Assembly: GCF_009914755.1 (NCBI RefSeq)
Contig: NC_060933.1
Strand: one strand, 5' to 3'
DNA length: 64,000 bases
From: the human T2T-CHM13v2.0 reference genome, Homo sapiens
Position numbers and translations under genes: made by a program. The notes below the pieces were generated by a model that saw nothing but the letters and a program-made list of their open reading frames with translations, did no database searches and was not told the origin of the DNA. This document shows, in pieces, positions 30,337 to 44,241 of the stretch (positions are counted from its first letter, which is position 1; each line of letters starts with the position of its first letter).

Positions 30337-31173
30337 TGAAGCAGAATATTTCCCTGACCCCTTCATGGGCAGAAACTGGGGTTCATGGGTGCTGGAACTA
30401 GTTGGACACTTCGGCACCAGCAGGGGCAAACTCCACTCACTGCTCCAACCCTTATGGGAGGGGGAGCACAGGTGAGCAGGTGAAGGGGCTGGGGCAAATG
30501 CTTTTGGGTACTCACAAGAGCAAATTCAGTACCGGCCCCATGGCAGTGTATGGGGCAGGTGCCTGTGATCCCTGAAGCCCCAGAGGAAGTGTTACACTGC
30601 CCTTTTAGCTTTACCATCCACAGACAGCTTAAGTGTTAACAGCTCAGTGGAGGGTCAGTGTGACAGCCTTTTGCACCCACACTCATGGCACCTGAGTTCT
30701 TGTCCAGCATCCAGGAGGAATGAGGTCACACGAGCAAATTGAAGATGGTAAATGCAGGGGATTTTATTGCTGATGAAAGTGGCTCTCAGCAGGAAGGGGA
30801 GCAGAAAAGGGGATGCAGCAGGAAGGTAACCTTCCTCTGAAGTCCAGCCATCCCCAACCGGACTCTTCTTGAAAGCTATGCTGTCAAGCTGTCTCTCTGA
30901 AGTCAAGCCACTTCTCTCCAACATCCAACTGTAGTCTCTGCCAACCAGCTGCTTCTCCTCTCTCTGCTGGCTGAGCCTGGGGTTTTTATGGGCACAGGAT
31001 GGGAAGTGGGGCAGGCCATGAGCAGTTTTGGAAAAGGCAACATTTGAGTGGGAAAACAGGGATGTAATCTTCTCACTTTGGCCATGGTATCAAGCTTTTC
31101 ATCTTGAGGGTGGTTCCGTCATCAGGAACCTGCCCTCTTCTGCTGAGAACTTCCCTGCTTCCTGTCCCTATCA
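30337..31173 (-). mobile_element. Solo ERV1 LTR (LTR27/LTR28/MER52 group)
   Basis: TG...CA ends, minus-strand start tgatagggacaggaagcagggaag; 4-bp TSD GTAT at 30333-30336 and 31174-31177. Confidence 0.85.
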
Positions 31174-32049
31174 GTATTATTCTTGGGATTCAGATATATT
31201 CATGAATGCCTGCAAAACTGAAAAAGTCATTTAGAAGCCAAATTGCCTGGGTGCACATTACATCTCTAAGAAAGAATTTATCATAAGGGAGTCCAGAATT
31301 TGGCAGGATGAGCCAACCTGAAACAGAAGCTGAGAATCAGGAAAAATCAAGTGTTCAGGGTAAAACTCAAAGGCACATTTAGCACCTTGGAAGGAAACAG
31401 CTTTGGAGGAAACTAAAAAGTGCCAGACACAAATTCTGGAATGATACAGTGTTCAAGTAATACTGTAAGCTACAAACAGGAGTCACTTCAGGAAGACTGC
31501 CCAGCACTCCAAGGGCAGCAGCGGCAAAGGTGAACTGCAGGGTGGGATCAGCAGCAGGGCAGCACAGCCTGCCCCTCAGTTTGAATGGAAGAGGAACTGA
31601 GCCAAGTTTCAGGGCCATGATAGTGACAAATTGTGACTTCTCAGAATAAAGTGACAAATAGAAGGACGTCATATAGAGAAGACTAGTGGTACCTACCTAA
31701 GTAGAGGACACAGCAGCAGTGTGGCCCTAGACAAACAGGAGACAGAGGAGAAACCCCTCACTTCTAAGTGAACTCTTGAGCACTCCTCTTGGAAACTCCA
31801 AGATATTTTAGGATAGGAATCTCCAGAAACAATCTAAGCAAACTGGGTGTAGGTGTGTGTCGGGTAGCTGTCACTACAGCAACTAGATCATATCTCAAAC
31901 ATAAAACTCATATCATATATTAGAATGGTTTACTTTCCTGTTCCTATCTCATACTACACTGTTGCCTTCTTAGGATAAAATTAATTTTATTCCATATTAA
32001 CTCCCATGGCAATAACTATAAGGTACATTGTAAGTATTTGATGTTTGTC

Positions 32050-32230
32050 TAATAACAGAGCTAATTACTACTCTGTATAGCATTTAATATGTGCAGGCAG
32101 TGTTCAAAGAGTTTTACACACACTCATTTGAAGTTTCTGAAAGGGTACCAACATTTTTCCCATTTTCCAGATTAAAAACAAACTGAGGCACAGAAAAAAT
32201 AAGTAACTTCTCAAGGTCACATATATGCCA
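32050..32230 (-). mobile_element. MIR
   Basis: aaactgaggcacagaaaaaataagtaacttctcaaggtcac. Confidence 0.75.
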
Positions 32231-32357
32231 GATAAATAATAGAGTGATAGATGATTGATTGATCAATTGATAAGATAGATAATGATAGATTGATTTATAT
32301 GTTATTCAGAAAACTTGGTTTTCTATTCAATTTCTGCCACTTTTTAATAATGTTCTA

Positions 32358-32668
32358 TAGGTTTTTTTCAAACTGTGAATAGAAGACTTTCGGTAGGTCA
32401 TGAAATCAGTTTAGTGGATGGCAACTATAATTTTTTTGAAATAATAGAATGAATAGAATAGAATAGAATAGAATAGAATAGAATAGAATAGAATAGGAGT
32501 AGAGTAGAATAGAATAGATCAAAGTGCATTACATATAGCTAGGGTGAGTTGTTCCGTGAAACCTCTTTCTCAGTTGTGCGTAAGTATGGGAGTATGTTTG
32601 TGTATAGTGGGTCATAATGTAAAATCTATTTTCTAATGTGGTCTGCTGTAGAAATTTAAGAATCTCTG
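32358..32668. mobile_element. MER112-like hAT MITE containing an expanded (GAATA)n pentamer repeat (~32443-32518)
   Basis: ggtcatgaaatcagtttagtgg...gaatagaatag...aaagtgcattacat...gggtcataatgtaaaat. Confidence 0.6.
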
Positions 32669-35600
32669 ACCTAAGACATATTATGTTAATAGTCTCTGAG
32701 CCTTAGTTTCTGCAAAGGTCATATATGACTCCTATCATAGAATACCCATTTCAATAAATGGGTATACACCTTTTTCGATTTAATGGGTATTCTAGAAGGC
32801 ACTTAGCTAAATTCCAGTTCACTGGCCTTAAGCTTTCTGAACTAATATAACTGAAACCTTGGAGAAAAATGTTTTAAATTAATGAACTAAAATATGCTGT
32901 AAGTACCACCATGACCTGGGGTGCCTTTTTCCAAAGACATGTAAATAATTTGACATATTATGACAAATGCAACATGTAAGACTTTTAAAATCACTGTGAG
33001 AGAACTCTGCTCAAGAAACTGTGGCCCTGGTAATTACTGAAGACTAGAAACTACCCATCCAGTCTGCCTCAGACGCATCACTGAAGTTATGATTGAACCA
33101 CAACACTGCTAGCATTTCTACATTGAGAACGAAATGATAATAATAACAATATCAATAACACATGATTAAATCAGTTATCATATCTGAAGCTGTTTCTTGG
33201 TCATAGAAGAAGGGCTGTTAGCTACCTCCACTCAAGAAAACAAAAAATCCAGAACTCCTGAGACCTTTATAAGGGAAAAAATTTAAAAAAGATAAATCAC
33301 CCAAGCAGAAGGCTATAACCAGTGCAAGTAGTATGTAGCTGTTGCTTAATATTGCTTTGAAGAAAAAGATGTAGAGGAATTATGTGATGGGTATTTTCAC
33401 CACCTGTTTTCCAAAAATGTTGTACTCCTAGCTTATTGTAAAAGAAAAAGAATTAGATATAGCTCAAAAACCATAAATTAGTTCTTATTTTTGCATGTTT
33501 CTTAAACAAGTATATACATCTAGATGTTTTATAGATTGTAAACCTTGTGCTAATATTATTTATTTTATTACCTAACTAATGAGAAGATAAAAAATTAGTA
33601 TTATCCCTTTTTTACATTTGCTTCAGCAGCCAGCAATTCTCAAAAATTTAAATAGACTCCTGATACAGTGAATGCAGTCGAGTAAAAAGTGTTGAATCCT
33701 CAAAAGCAAGAATCCATATGTTAATTGCATACCTTAGCTAAAAATTTTGTACAATTTATCTCATTTAAGCCTCATCAAAAGTCTATAAATATAGTAAATA
33801 TTATCCTGATTTTAGGAAAAGAATGAAATGTTATTAGGCTAGTAAATTGCTAAGTCAAGATTCACACTGATGTTTTTATGTTTCCAATGCCCATACTCCC
33901 TCCATTACATATAGAACATTTAAATCATCAAACTACAGGGGGAAGATAAGGATATATACCATCACTCCACAAAGCATAGCCTAGGGATATTTTGCTCTGT
34001 TTTCAGAAGTAACATATTATCACAGTGAGAGGGACTGATCCATAAATAGGAGACATTTAGGCACTAGAGTGACATTTCTTTCATTATTTCATTTCATGTC
34101 ATTTGCCACATGTTTGTCTCTAATCCCGTGCATGTTCCTCTACCTATGTAATATTCAGTGTGAAATTCTATGTCAGTATATTTAAACTTCCAAAAGTCAG
34201 TAGGTTCAGAGTTGTGATTCCCATAGCAACCATAATTCCACCCCTTTGTTTTTATATAGCATTTGTATAACTGGGGAAGTTGTTAAGTTTTATATCTTAA
34301 TATAAATATGCAGTCATGTTGAGTGTCTTTTTATAGTTGCTGTGGGAACCACAATTTAGAATTTTCTGATTTTCTTTGCATTTAAATTCCCAATCAGATT
34401 ATTGCAATCATTGGCATTCCTCTAATTTTATTGAAGAAGTGGAAATGGGGAAAAGGAATAGTAATTTTATTATAAATTCTCATAGTTTTTATTTTAAGAT
34501 ACTACATAACTGCCAAGAGGAAAAAAACTCTTTAAAAAATGGAAGGAAAGAACACGGCATATTTTAAAATAAAATGGCAAAAGGAAGGAATACTATGGTA
34601 AATAAATGTAAAGTATTTTAAAATATGTGCAATTCCCAAATATTTGGAAATGTTATGTTTTCTTATGGTCACAGAGCAGTAAGGATTAAAATAACAGAGA
34701 CCTATGAAGTTCTTAGATCTCTTGGTAGGCATTTGTGTGCATGTTACGAGTGAGGAGCAATGTGAGTGTGTGTGGTAGTGAAGTGCGTTTGTATAATTTC
34801 TCTTTCCACTCAAAATGTATAGTAGAATTAACCTCAATAGACACAATATTTGCATGTGATTCAATATTTTTATGAGTCTTATGGGGCTATGATGTGAATG
34901 TGTGCTTAAAGCCCAGGAACCTTTTGTTTAATAAGAGCTTACTAAAGTCCAATATAAAAGTATAGGTGCTATGATTGAAGAAAGGAGTCTGACGTCAGGA
35001 TGAATATGCAGACAAATGCAGTAACCAAACTTAACTCATAACACTCCCCTCCCCTACAGCAGCCCCAGTGGGTTTTCGCAATATTTCTGAAACTCCAGGA
35101 GCCAAGCTGAAATTTAAATATCATTAGTGTAGACACATCCCCACAATAGAAAAGAAGCCATACTACGTGACATGGAAGTGTATTTCTTTCAAGTTTTGTA
35201 GATAGCATCTCTGAAGCCACGTAGATTGTAGTGTTTATGATGATGAACAGGGTTTTATTTCTCCACAAGACAAAGAAGGGGGATGGGGTGCTTTGGGTGC
35301 GATATTGTTTGCCTCACAGTTGATAAAAATGATCTTGTGAATTACAAAATCGTATTCTTTCACTGTGAAATAGTTTTTATAAATATTTCCTACCAAACTG
35401 AACTGACAAAAATGTTGTGGCTTTGGTGAAGTTAGAGAGACAAAACATATAGTGCTTTCTGGCAGGAAAAGAATAAGCCCCTAGCTTATTAAGATCCAGG
35501 TAGGACAAGGTTTGTCCCTCAGGTTTACAGGTCCCCCAACTGAATATTTTCTGGCAACTCCGAGCTGAGCAGACTCAGTGTGGCTGATTTACCCAGTTAA

Positions 35601-36021
35601 ATTCATAGGAGATTGGGATATAAATCCTAATGACAATTTCCTAATTTTGTGTTAAAGTATGATTGCCAAGCTGTCTATACTACTGTGTTTCCTCATTAAT
35701 ATATTCTCCCCATGTAAGTAAATCTTCCTGAGGAGGGTCTTTTTAATCAGGTGGCTGCTTGCAAAGCCTGGAATCAGCGTGGAAGAATCCGAATGGCAAG
35801 TGCCGTCTCCGTTGGAATTATTTATTGCCAAGGAGCAAATTAGAGCAGATGTTGGTGGGCAATAAAACCTCCATTCCAGGACTAGCCAGTGTGGGTCATA
35901 TCCCTTCTCTTAAAATCCATCACTGCCCCAGAACCAACATAGCCCCCCTTCAGGCCTTGTGCTTAACTTGAGGAGCAAGACTTTGTCCAGGCCATGAAGG
36001 GTATTAAAGATATTTAATATC

Positions 36022-36344
<323 letters not shown>

Positions 36345-38974
36345 TCACAGGTATAGCCCATCACAGGTATGGCCAATGTCAGCTTAGGAAGAGTTTGACT
36401 TCAGTCACACAGCCTAGCTCATCCTAAGGCCAGCCTGGGCACCGATATGGACACTGACACATTACTTCAGACAAAACTAACTTGTTTAAGAAATAGTAAA
36501 CCCTCCAGTAAAACAGACGAAAGAACACTGATTGCCCAAATTTGTCATCAGTCTTGTCGTACCAGCAACTCTGGGTACATGGGGAGGTGGAATTTAGTAT
36601 CAACTTCCTAAATACTAACCAAATCTAGACACACTGACCATTTTAGAAATATCAACCATCCCTCACAGACACATACAGACATTGCAGGCACATTAACAAA
36701 CACTTAACACTCTAGAATCCACATTAAGAGAATTATACCAGAAATTTTCTATGTCATCACGGGTCATATTTTACCTTCTTTCTTATAAAATTCATAAATG
36801 TTCTCCATAATTCAGCTAAACATAAAATTCTCGAATGTTCATTCAACCAATGAGCATGAAAGCTTTCAAAGAACAAGTAAAAATTAAGCCTGTTTTGTGA
36901 AAGTTGACACTGAACATGACATGTATGTAGTCATTATTCATAATAATTATATGCTACTTTTTAAATGTATTTCTATATAGGTACAAATACAAACATATGA
37001 TTTTACAAAAATGTGCTTGGTGTATACTTTCTTTAATGCTGTCTTTATTTCCTTTTTGTGCTTAGCTTCCCAAAGTTAAAAATACACTACGTTTATTGCC
37101 TGTATTATATTTTTACCTCTACTATAGTTCATGGTTCCATATCAGACTAACAGGGATTCTCCTGCCATATCAACTCCCATTGACAGTCCTGAAAGTGAAA
37201 TTGAGTAACAAATTGGATAAATCAAGAAAATTTGCTACTCTTCGAGAATCTGCAGCAAAATGAATTGTCCTCCACAGATAGGATGAGCACTTTAACTCTT
37301 CTCTAACAATCTATGATCGAAGTTACAGTCGCAGCACAGTATCTGGGCACTACTGGGCCTTGGAACAAGATTATCTGGTGGATTCAGACAAAATTAGACC
37401 ATCCTTCTGCTTCCCTTTATAATGGTCAATAGCCTATTTGGATAAAAACCGCCATGGTGGAGTTTCAACATTTCAAGAGAAAAATAATAAACACTATTTT
37501 TTAATTTTTTTCATACTGCAATCCCAGGGACACAGAGGAGAAATACACAAAGGAGGAGAACATTCATTGAATTGATCCTTGGTTTTTGACATGGTTACAA
37601 TTACTATTTCCAAAAGATGGGAATATTTTGCTTGCACGTAGAGAAGTCAGCTACAGGGAATGGTGGCCATGCAGAAGACTCTGCCATAGAAGGATAATTT
37701 TATATCACTTTATGAGAATTATTGCTCTGAGTCAGGAGACTTTATTGCCATCAAAGCATAGCCTGTCAGGGATGGTGCCATTAGTCATTGAAGTGTGGTT
37801 TATCCCAGGGCAGTCTGGTTTATAATGTAAACACCTCTATCTTCATATTTCATATTTCATCTGGGGGCACAATTTAAACTGATTGATGGACACAGGAAAA
37901 ATACTTTAATTCTGAGAAAGCTTAATAAAAAATCAAGGTAAAATCCCCCATCAATAAAACATCTACTGAAATGACAAGATAGACTTTGTCAGACACTTGC
38001 TATTTCTCACTTAACCTATATTTTCCTGTCATTCTTGCACTTGTACTTTTTATTTATTCTTTACATTTAAATCCCAGTTGAGAAACAAAATTGAAGTAGA
38101 ATATTTCGCATATGTAAAGGAATGCTGTCAAATGTATTGGAATTCAGATAAACTATAGGTTATCAGTAAACTCTTGAGGGTGGTAGGAGACATTTCAAAA
38201 TTTAAAAAAATTACAGCCTTTGCCATACACAGCTTTCTCTAGTCTAATTTTCTGATTTTCTTTACTGTGTTTTCTCTATGGAAATTTTCCTTCTTCCATT
38301 GAGATCTCCAGTGTCTACTCAGTCAGGACCGTGTTATCTTGATTTCCAACAATTTCCCTGTTGCCCACTCTTGCCCAAAAGAGAAAGGAGGGGGACAGAG
38401 AGACAGAGACAGAGAAAGTCATTAAAGATAGAACCATCTAAATTCATCAGTTTCACCTTGGACATCTTCTAGAGACTGTTTTGTGCTCTGACTCCGTCTA
38501 TTTGAAATTTTTGACTTAGGGACTCAGCTGTAACTCTGGCAGGAAATACCATCATGGGACGATTTCCTGACTTTTTCTATTATCGATAAGTATGATCCTC
38601 TCTGTTACTTTAGGTAATTGGCAGTTGACGATATGACACTATTCCTACCTTCATTGCCTAACCAGCTTGTTTGCAAGAATGTAGTCCTTTAACATGTGTT
38701 ATGTCAACAAGAATCCACCCTACTCTACCCCCAGTCTTCAGCATGACTAAAAAATTTATCAACTGAATATGAAATGAATAGCTTCATTCATTCACTCATT
38801 TATTATTAATGAAGTGAATTATCAATTCACTTCATTATATAAAGAAATATTTACAGGGGTTATCTTACCAAAACCTTTGCTTTTGGGGCATTATAGTTTA
38901 TGAGTAAGATTAACAAACCTACATGCTTGATAAATGTATATAGGGAGTAAGGAGATTAGAAAATATTTTCCTTG

Positions 38975-39290
38975 GGCCTGGCACAGTGGCTCACACCTGT
39001 AATCCCAGCACTTTGGGAGACTGAGGTGGGCGAATCACCTGAGATCAGAAGGTCAAGATCAGCCTGGCCAACATGCGAAACCCCGTCTCTACTAAAAATA
39101 CAAAAATTAGATAGCCTAGTATGGTGGAGTGCACCTGTAATCTCAGCCACTCAGGAGGCTGAGGCATGAGAATCACTTGAACCATGGAGGCAGAGGTTGC
39201 AGTGAGCCAAGACTGTGCCACTGCACTCCAGCCTGGGGGATAGAGTAAGACTCTGTCAAAAAAAAAAAGGGGAAAAAGAAAAAGAAAAAG
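38975..39290 (+). mobile_element. AluS
   Basis: Full Alu; TSD agaaaatattttcct / agaaaatatattcct. Confidence 0.94.
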
Positions 39291-39449
39291 AAAATATATT
39301 CCTCTGCGCCATTATTCTTACTTTTATCCATCTTCCCAATAGGAAGAAATTATCAATGAAGTAGAAAATTGAGAACATTCATTAAACTATTCATTCAGGT
39401 CCTTCTTTGCTACCTCTTCCTGCTGCTGATGGTGAAGACAGTAATTTCA

Positions 39450-40372
39450 TTAAACATCCATTTCTATGTAACAAATTATCCCCAAATTTAGCAGTTTAAT
39501 ACACAAATATTTATTATCTCTGATAGTTTCTGAGAGTCAGAAATCTGGGAGCAACTGAGAAAATTGTTATGTTCAGAGTTTCTTATGAGGTTGCCATCAA
39601 GATGTAGGCCAGATCTTTAGTCATATGAAGGCTTCACTTAGCTGGGGATCCTGTCTTTGTCCATTTTGTGCTGCTATAACAGAATACCAATGCCTGGATA
39701 ATTTATAAAAAAACAGAGATTTATTTCTCACAGTTCTGGAAGTGGGGAAGTTCAATATCAAAGTGCCAGCCTCTGGGCGATGGTCTTCTGGCCATGTCAT
39801 TTCATGGCAGAAAGTGAAAAGACAATAGAATGTTCATGCCCAAGAGAGAGAAGGGGGCTGAATTCCTACTTTATAAGATACCCATTCCTGAGATAACTAA
39901 CCCACTTGTGCAATAATGCCATTAATCTATGCATGAGAGCAGAGCCCTTGTGACCTCATCACCTCTCAAAGTTTTCACCTCTCAACACTGTTGCATTGGA
40001 GATTAAGTTTTCAACAAATGAACTTTGGGGGACACATTGCAAACACAGCAGATTCACTTCTCAGCTTGCTTATATGACTGTTGTCAGGAGGCTACTGTTG
40101 CTCACCGTGTGGGCCTCTCTATAGGCCCACTCAACATGACAGCTGGATTCCCAAGAGTGAGTGACCCAAGACAGGGAGTGTGATCAAGATGGAAGCTGCA
40201 GTGTCTTTTATAACTTACTCTTGAAAGTATCTTCCTATCACTTCTGCTACATTTGCTGGTCGTATGAACCAATTTTGGTACAGTATAGTAGAGGACTAGA
40301 CAAGGATGTTAATTCTAGAAGGCAGGGATTAACAGAGGCCCTTTTGAAGGCTGACTGCCTGACTACTACAGC
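39450..40372 (-). mobile_element. MLT1F-like MaLR LTR interrupted by an MST LTR
   Basis: tgtaacaaattatcccaaaatttagc...; resumes after 40051 through ...tgcctgactactaca. Confidence 0.8.
39652..40050 (-). mobile_element. MST-family (MSTC/D-like) MaLR LTR nested in MLT1
   Basis: tgtctttgtccattttgtgctgctataacagaatacc...gggggacacattgcaaacacagca; 5-bp TSD GATCC/GATTC. Confidence 0.85.
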
Positions 40373-40675
40373 TCTGCACTCTCTCTTCCACTAAAGCCCT
40401 ATCTCCAGCTTGTGCTGTTTCTCACTTCAAGTTTCCATTAAACAGCTGAACCACACCAGATAAAATGCCAGGGTTTGGATGTGGATTTAGAAGAAGGAGA
40501 TTAAGATTGAAGGCTAATCTATATTCTTTAAACCAGCTTTAACAATGCTAGGACCTCTGATTCTCATTTTTGTGCACAACTACTTTGATGGGAGGTGATG
40601 TATAGTACAGAATTGGGCAATTATAGATCCTTTATTTAAAACTCATCATAAACCATCAAAACTCTTGCCTTTCAT

Positions 40676-40684
40676 GATAGATAA

Positions 40685-40725
<41 letters not shown>

Positions 40726-40738
40726 CAGATAGATAGAT
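40676..40738. repeat. (GATA)n tetranucleotide STR
   Basis: Direct reading, with single TAAA and GACA interruptions. Confidence 0.95.
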
Positions 40739-40747
40739 TTGTGACCA

Positions 40748-41320
40748 ATATTCATTGATTCAACAGTTATTTATTGGGCACCTATTATGTTCCAGCATTT
40801 TTCTAAATGCCTGTGATAAACCAGTTTATTACACAAAAATTCCTACCTTCATTGTGCTTATCGTGGTGGGAGACAGAAACCACAGTTAAGTAGATAAATC
40901 ATACATTATGTTAGAAGATGATAAGTACTATGAGAAAATAGTCCAGTGTAAGGGGAATTGTGAGTGTTGGAGAAGAGGAATTGTGACTTTTAACCAAAGA
41001 GGTAAGAAATAGGCCAGGTTTAACAGGTCATATTTGAGCAAAAACCTAAAAGTAGCATGAAAGAAAGCCATGCATGTATCTGGAGGAAGAATTTTCAGCA
41101 AAGGAATGAGCCAAGCCAAAGGGCCTAAATAAGAACATTGTATGCACTTGACTGGAGATGAGTAAGAAGTTGAAACAGAGAGTATTAGCAGATGAGATCT
41201 GGGAGGTTATGGAAGAAGGGATTTTGAGGAGCTTGTAGGCCATTTAAAATGTTGGCTTTTCATCTGAGTGAAATGGGGAGACACTGGAGAGTTTGTGCTG
41301 AGCAGAGGACAGTAGACAAA
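40748..41320 (-). mobile_element. L2 fragment
   Basis: attcattgattcaacagttatttattgggcacctattatgttccagc...aaatggggagacactggagagtttgtgctgagcagagg. Confidence 0.8.
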
Positions 41321-41749
41321 AATTAACCCAATAAAGAAACGAGGATACACACCAACTACAAGTAAGCATAGGAACATGTTTTCATGGTGTTGATGTCCAT
41401 TGGTGCTTCCATGTCCTACTGAATAACATCTAAGCACAATCAATACTGTTACTCCCTCAATTCCACCTTCAACATTTCACCCTTTAAAATTCAGCTCAGG
41501 CATCACCAACCGGCTCTCTGGGGAAAGGAAGCCCTGAATGATAGCATATTCAATTTCTGTGACATAAATACTTCCCTCGTGGCTGATTTCAAAGATAGTT
41601 GTGATTATCCCTTGGCTCCAAAAATGTTAAAAATTAGCCCTGAGAGCCTGTATCAGACAATTCCAGCATGCCATTGTTTGTATTCCACAGAGTCAACACC
41701 AAACACACTGACTTTTACAGTAGGCATTACTCAAATGTTTACCACATGA

Positions 41750-41980
41750 ATAATAATAATTATCAGTTTATGAGTACTTATGTGCCAGGCACACACTTCC
41801 TCCATCATCAATCATCTCCTCAAAAACGTTATAAGTACATGAAGAAGACACCATAATTTTTTTCTGTATTGTAGAAGAATGTAGTCATGCTCATGGAGAT
41901 GAAATAACTTGTCCACATTCACCAACTAATAAGTGACAGTCACGATTTGAACCCCAAACAGTCTATGCTCTTTCTATTAT
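41750..41980 (-). mobile_element. MIR
   Basis: tttatgagtacttatgtgccaggcac...aaataacttgtccacattcaccaactaataagtgacag...atttgaacccc. Confidence 0.7.
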
Positions 41981-42064
41981 GCTGAGTGAGTGATTGTTGC
42001 CTGGATTTCAAAATATCAAGTGTTCACTTTTTACCCATTATATAAATGTTCATCACTGTGTAAT

Positions 42065-42928
42065 TGTGTCCAGAATTTATTCCTTCTGGTAGGTTCTTGG
42101 TCTAGCTGACTTCAAAAACGAAGCCGCGGACATTTGCGGTGAGCGTTACAGCTCTTAAAGATGGTGTGTCCGGAGTTTGTTCCTTCAGATGTTCAGATGT
42201 GTCCAGAGTTTCTTCCTTCCGGTGGGTTCATGGTCTCACTGACTTCAGGAGTGAAGCCACAGACCTTCACGGCGAGTGTTACAGCTCTTAAAGGTAGTGC
42301 AGACCCAACGAGTGAGCAGCAGCAAGATTTATTGTGAAGAGCAAAAGAACAAAGCTTCCACAGCATGGAAGGCAACCTGAGCGGGGTTGTCGCTGCTGGC
42401 TGGGGTGGGCAGCTTTTATTCCCTTATTTGTCCCCACCCATGTCCTGCTGATTGGTCCATTTTATAGAGTGCTGATTGTTCCATTTTACAGAGTGCTGAT
42501 TGGTGTGTTTACAATCCTTTAGCTAGACAAGAGCACTGATCAGTGCTTTTACAATCCTTTAGCTAGACACAGAGTGCTGATTGGTCTGTTTTTACAGAGT
42601 GCTGATTGGTGCGTTCACAATCCTCTAGCTAGACACAGAGCGCTGATTGGTGCATTTTTACAGAGTGCTGATTGGTGCATTTACAATCCTTTAGCTAGAC
42701 ACAGAGTGCTGATTGGTGCATTTTTAGAATGCTGATTGGTGCATTTATAATCCTTTAGCTAGACACAGAGTGCTGATTGGTGCATTTTTAGAATGCTGAT
42801 TGGTGCATTTACAATCCTTTAGCTAGACACAGAGTGCTGATTGGTGCATTTACAATCCTCTAGCTAGACACAGAAAAGTTCTCCACGTCCCCACTCGACC
42901 CAGGAAGTCCAGCTGGCTTCACCTCTCA
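42065..42928 (-). mobile_element. Solo LTR12 (ERV9 LTR, LTR12F-like)
   Basis: Minus-strand ends TGAGAGGTGAAGCCAGCTGG...TCTGGACACA; 4-bp TSD TAAT at 42061-42064 and 42929-42932; tandem U3 repeats. Confidence 0.95.
42385..42850 (-). promoter_or_regulatory. LTR12 U3 promoter/enhancer: 11 CCAAT (NF-Y) boxes and a TATA-like AATAAAA
   Basis: ATTGG at 42451, 42499, 42580, 42605, 42646, 42671, 42712, 42735, 42776, 42799, 42840; ttttatt at 42414-42420; activity not demonstrable from sequence. Confidence 0.7.
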
Positions 42929-43729
42929 TAATGATTTACTGAAGAAATGTAGCACTGTTATCATTCAGCTGGTTTCCACTAGATAACATTGGATCACTTT
43001 GTACTATCCTATAGATACAAGCTGAGATTCTATTCTTTTTCACAATTTTATTTTCTGTGAGAATAGCCAACACCCCCAGCTTGCCATTTCCTAAAGAATG
43101 ACAGCTGAGCCAAATCAATACCACTACTTCCCCAATTTCACTCATTCACATTGCATCCATTAAAATTCAGGTCAAACACCTCCTATTCTGAGAAATTGTT
43201 CTCCCTCTACAGCCCTCCTCACATAGAGACATAGAAGAATTAGTAAGCTCTCAATAAATATTATTACCCCATCTTTAAAGAGATTGGCAAAAATAAAACA
43301 CGTTTACTTGTTTGGATCATAATTTGCATTAATGTCCAGGACAATTGTTAATTATTTTGTTTAACAAGAGATTATCACGAAATAGGTGCCCAAAAGTCAT
43401 GCTTCCAAACATTCAGTGAATAGAATACATCCAGCATCACATTTAAACTCATAGTTATGTGGCATGTCTTCATGTTGTTTCTCTTTTCACCATCAGAATA
43501 AGAACATTTTTAGAAGAAAGGACTGTGTTGTATTCATCTTTATATCCCCAGTGCCTGGTATTAGATGCACCATAATTTTTTTTGGTAGAATAAATGAATG
43601 ATTAAACAAATGAATGCAAGATTTAGGGCAAACATTGTCAATTTATAGTTTGGCATTTCTATTTATTGTGGTTAATTCCAAAATGTCACAAGATATGATA
43701 GTATTTCGACTATAATATTTTAAAAAGCA

Positions 43730-43950
43730 GAATGAGGTAGCGGTTAAATGTTTGGGTTCTAGTCATACTGCCTGGGTTCAGATTTTCGTTTCACCCTTTA
43801 CTGGTTGGGAAGTTGATTTTATCTTTTAAGGCCTCATTTTCTTTATCTGTAAAATGGAGATTTTTTATGAGTTAATTAAGCTAGCTAACACATAAAAACA
43901 CATTGAAGAAACATAGAAGAAATAGTGAGCTCTCAATAACTATTAATTAT
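43730..43950 (+). mobile_element. MIR
   Basis: ctgcctgggttcagatttt...gcctcattttctttatctgtaaaatgg...atagtgagctctcaataac. Confidence 0.8.
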
Positions 43951-44241
43951 CACCTCATTGTTAAATAGATTGGTAAACATAAAACAGACTTAGTTGATTA
44001 CAGCATGATTTACATTAATGGCCAGGGAAGTTGTTAATTATTTTGCTTAACAAGAGATTATCATTTATAATAATAAAAAATTTGCCACTACTAATTTCCC
44101 CACAAAGGCATATTTAACACCAAAACCAACTTTACACTGTCATATCTATTTTCTCTAAGAAAGCTAATAAACGCAATTTAAGCTAATCACATATTGAGTT
44201 TGTCCTCTTAACTGTCTACCTTTTTTAGGCATAGAGGATCT

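Noticed and set aside
32443-32518. (GAATA)n as a satellite II/III-like block
   Set aside because: A short expansion of a motif native to the surrounding MER112-like element.
42440-42870. Regularly spaced repeats resembling a CRISPR array
   Set aside because: These are the tandem CCAAT-containing U3 units of LTR12; there are no unique spacers, no cas genes, and the DNA is eukaryotic.
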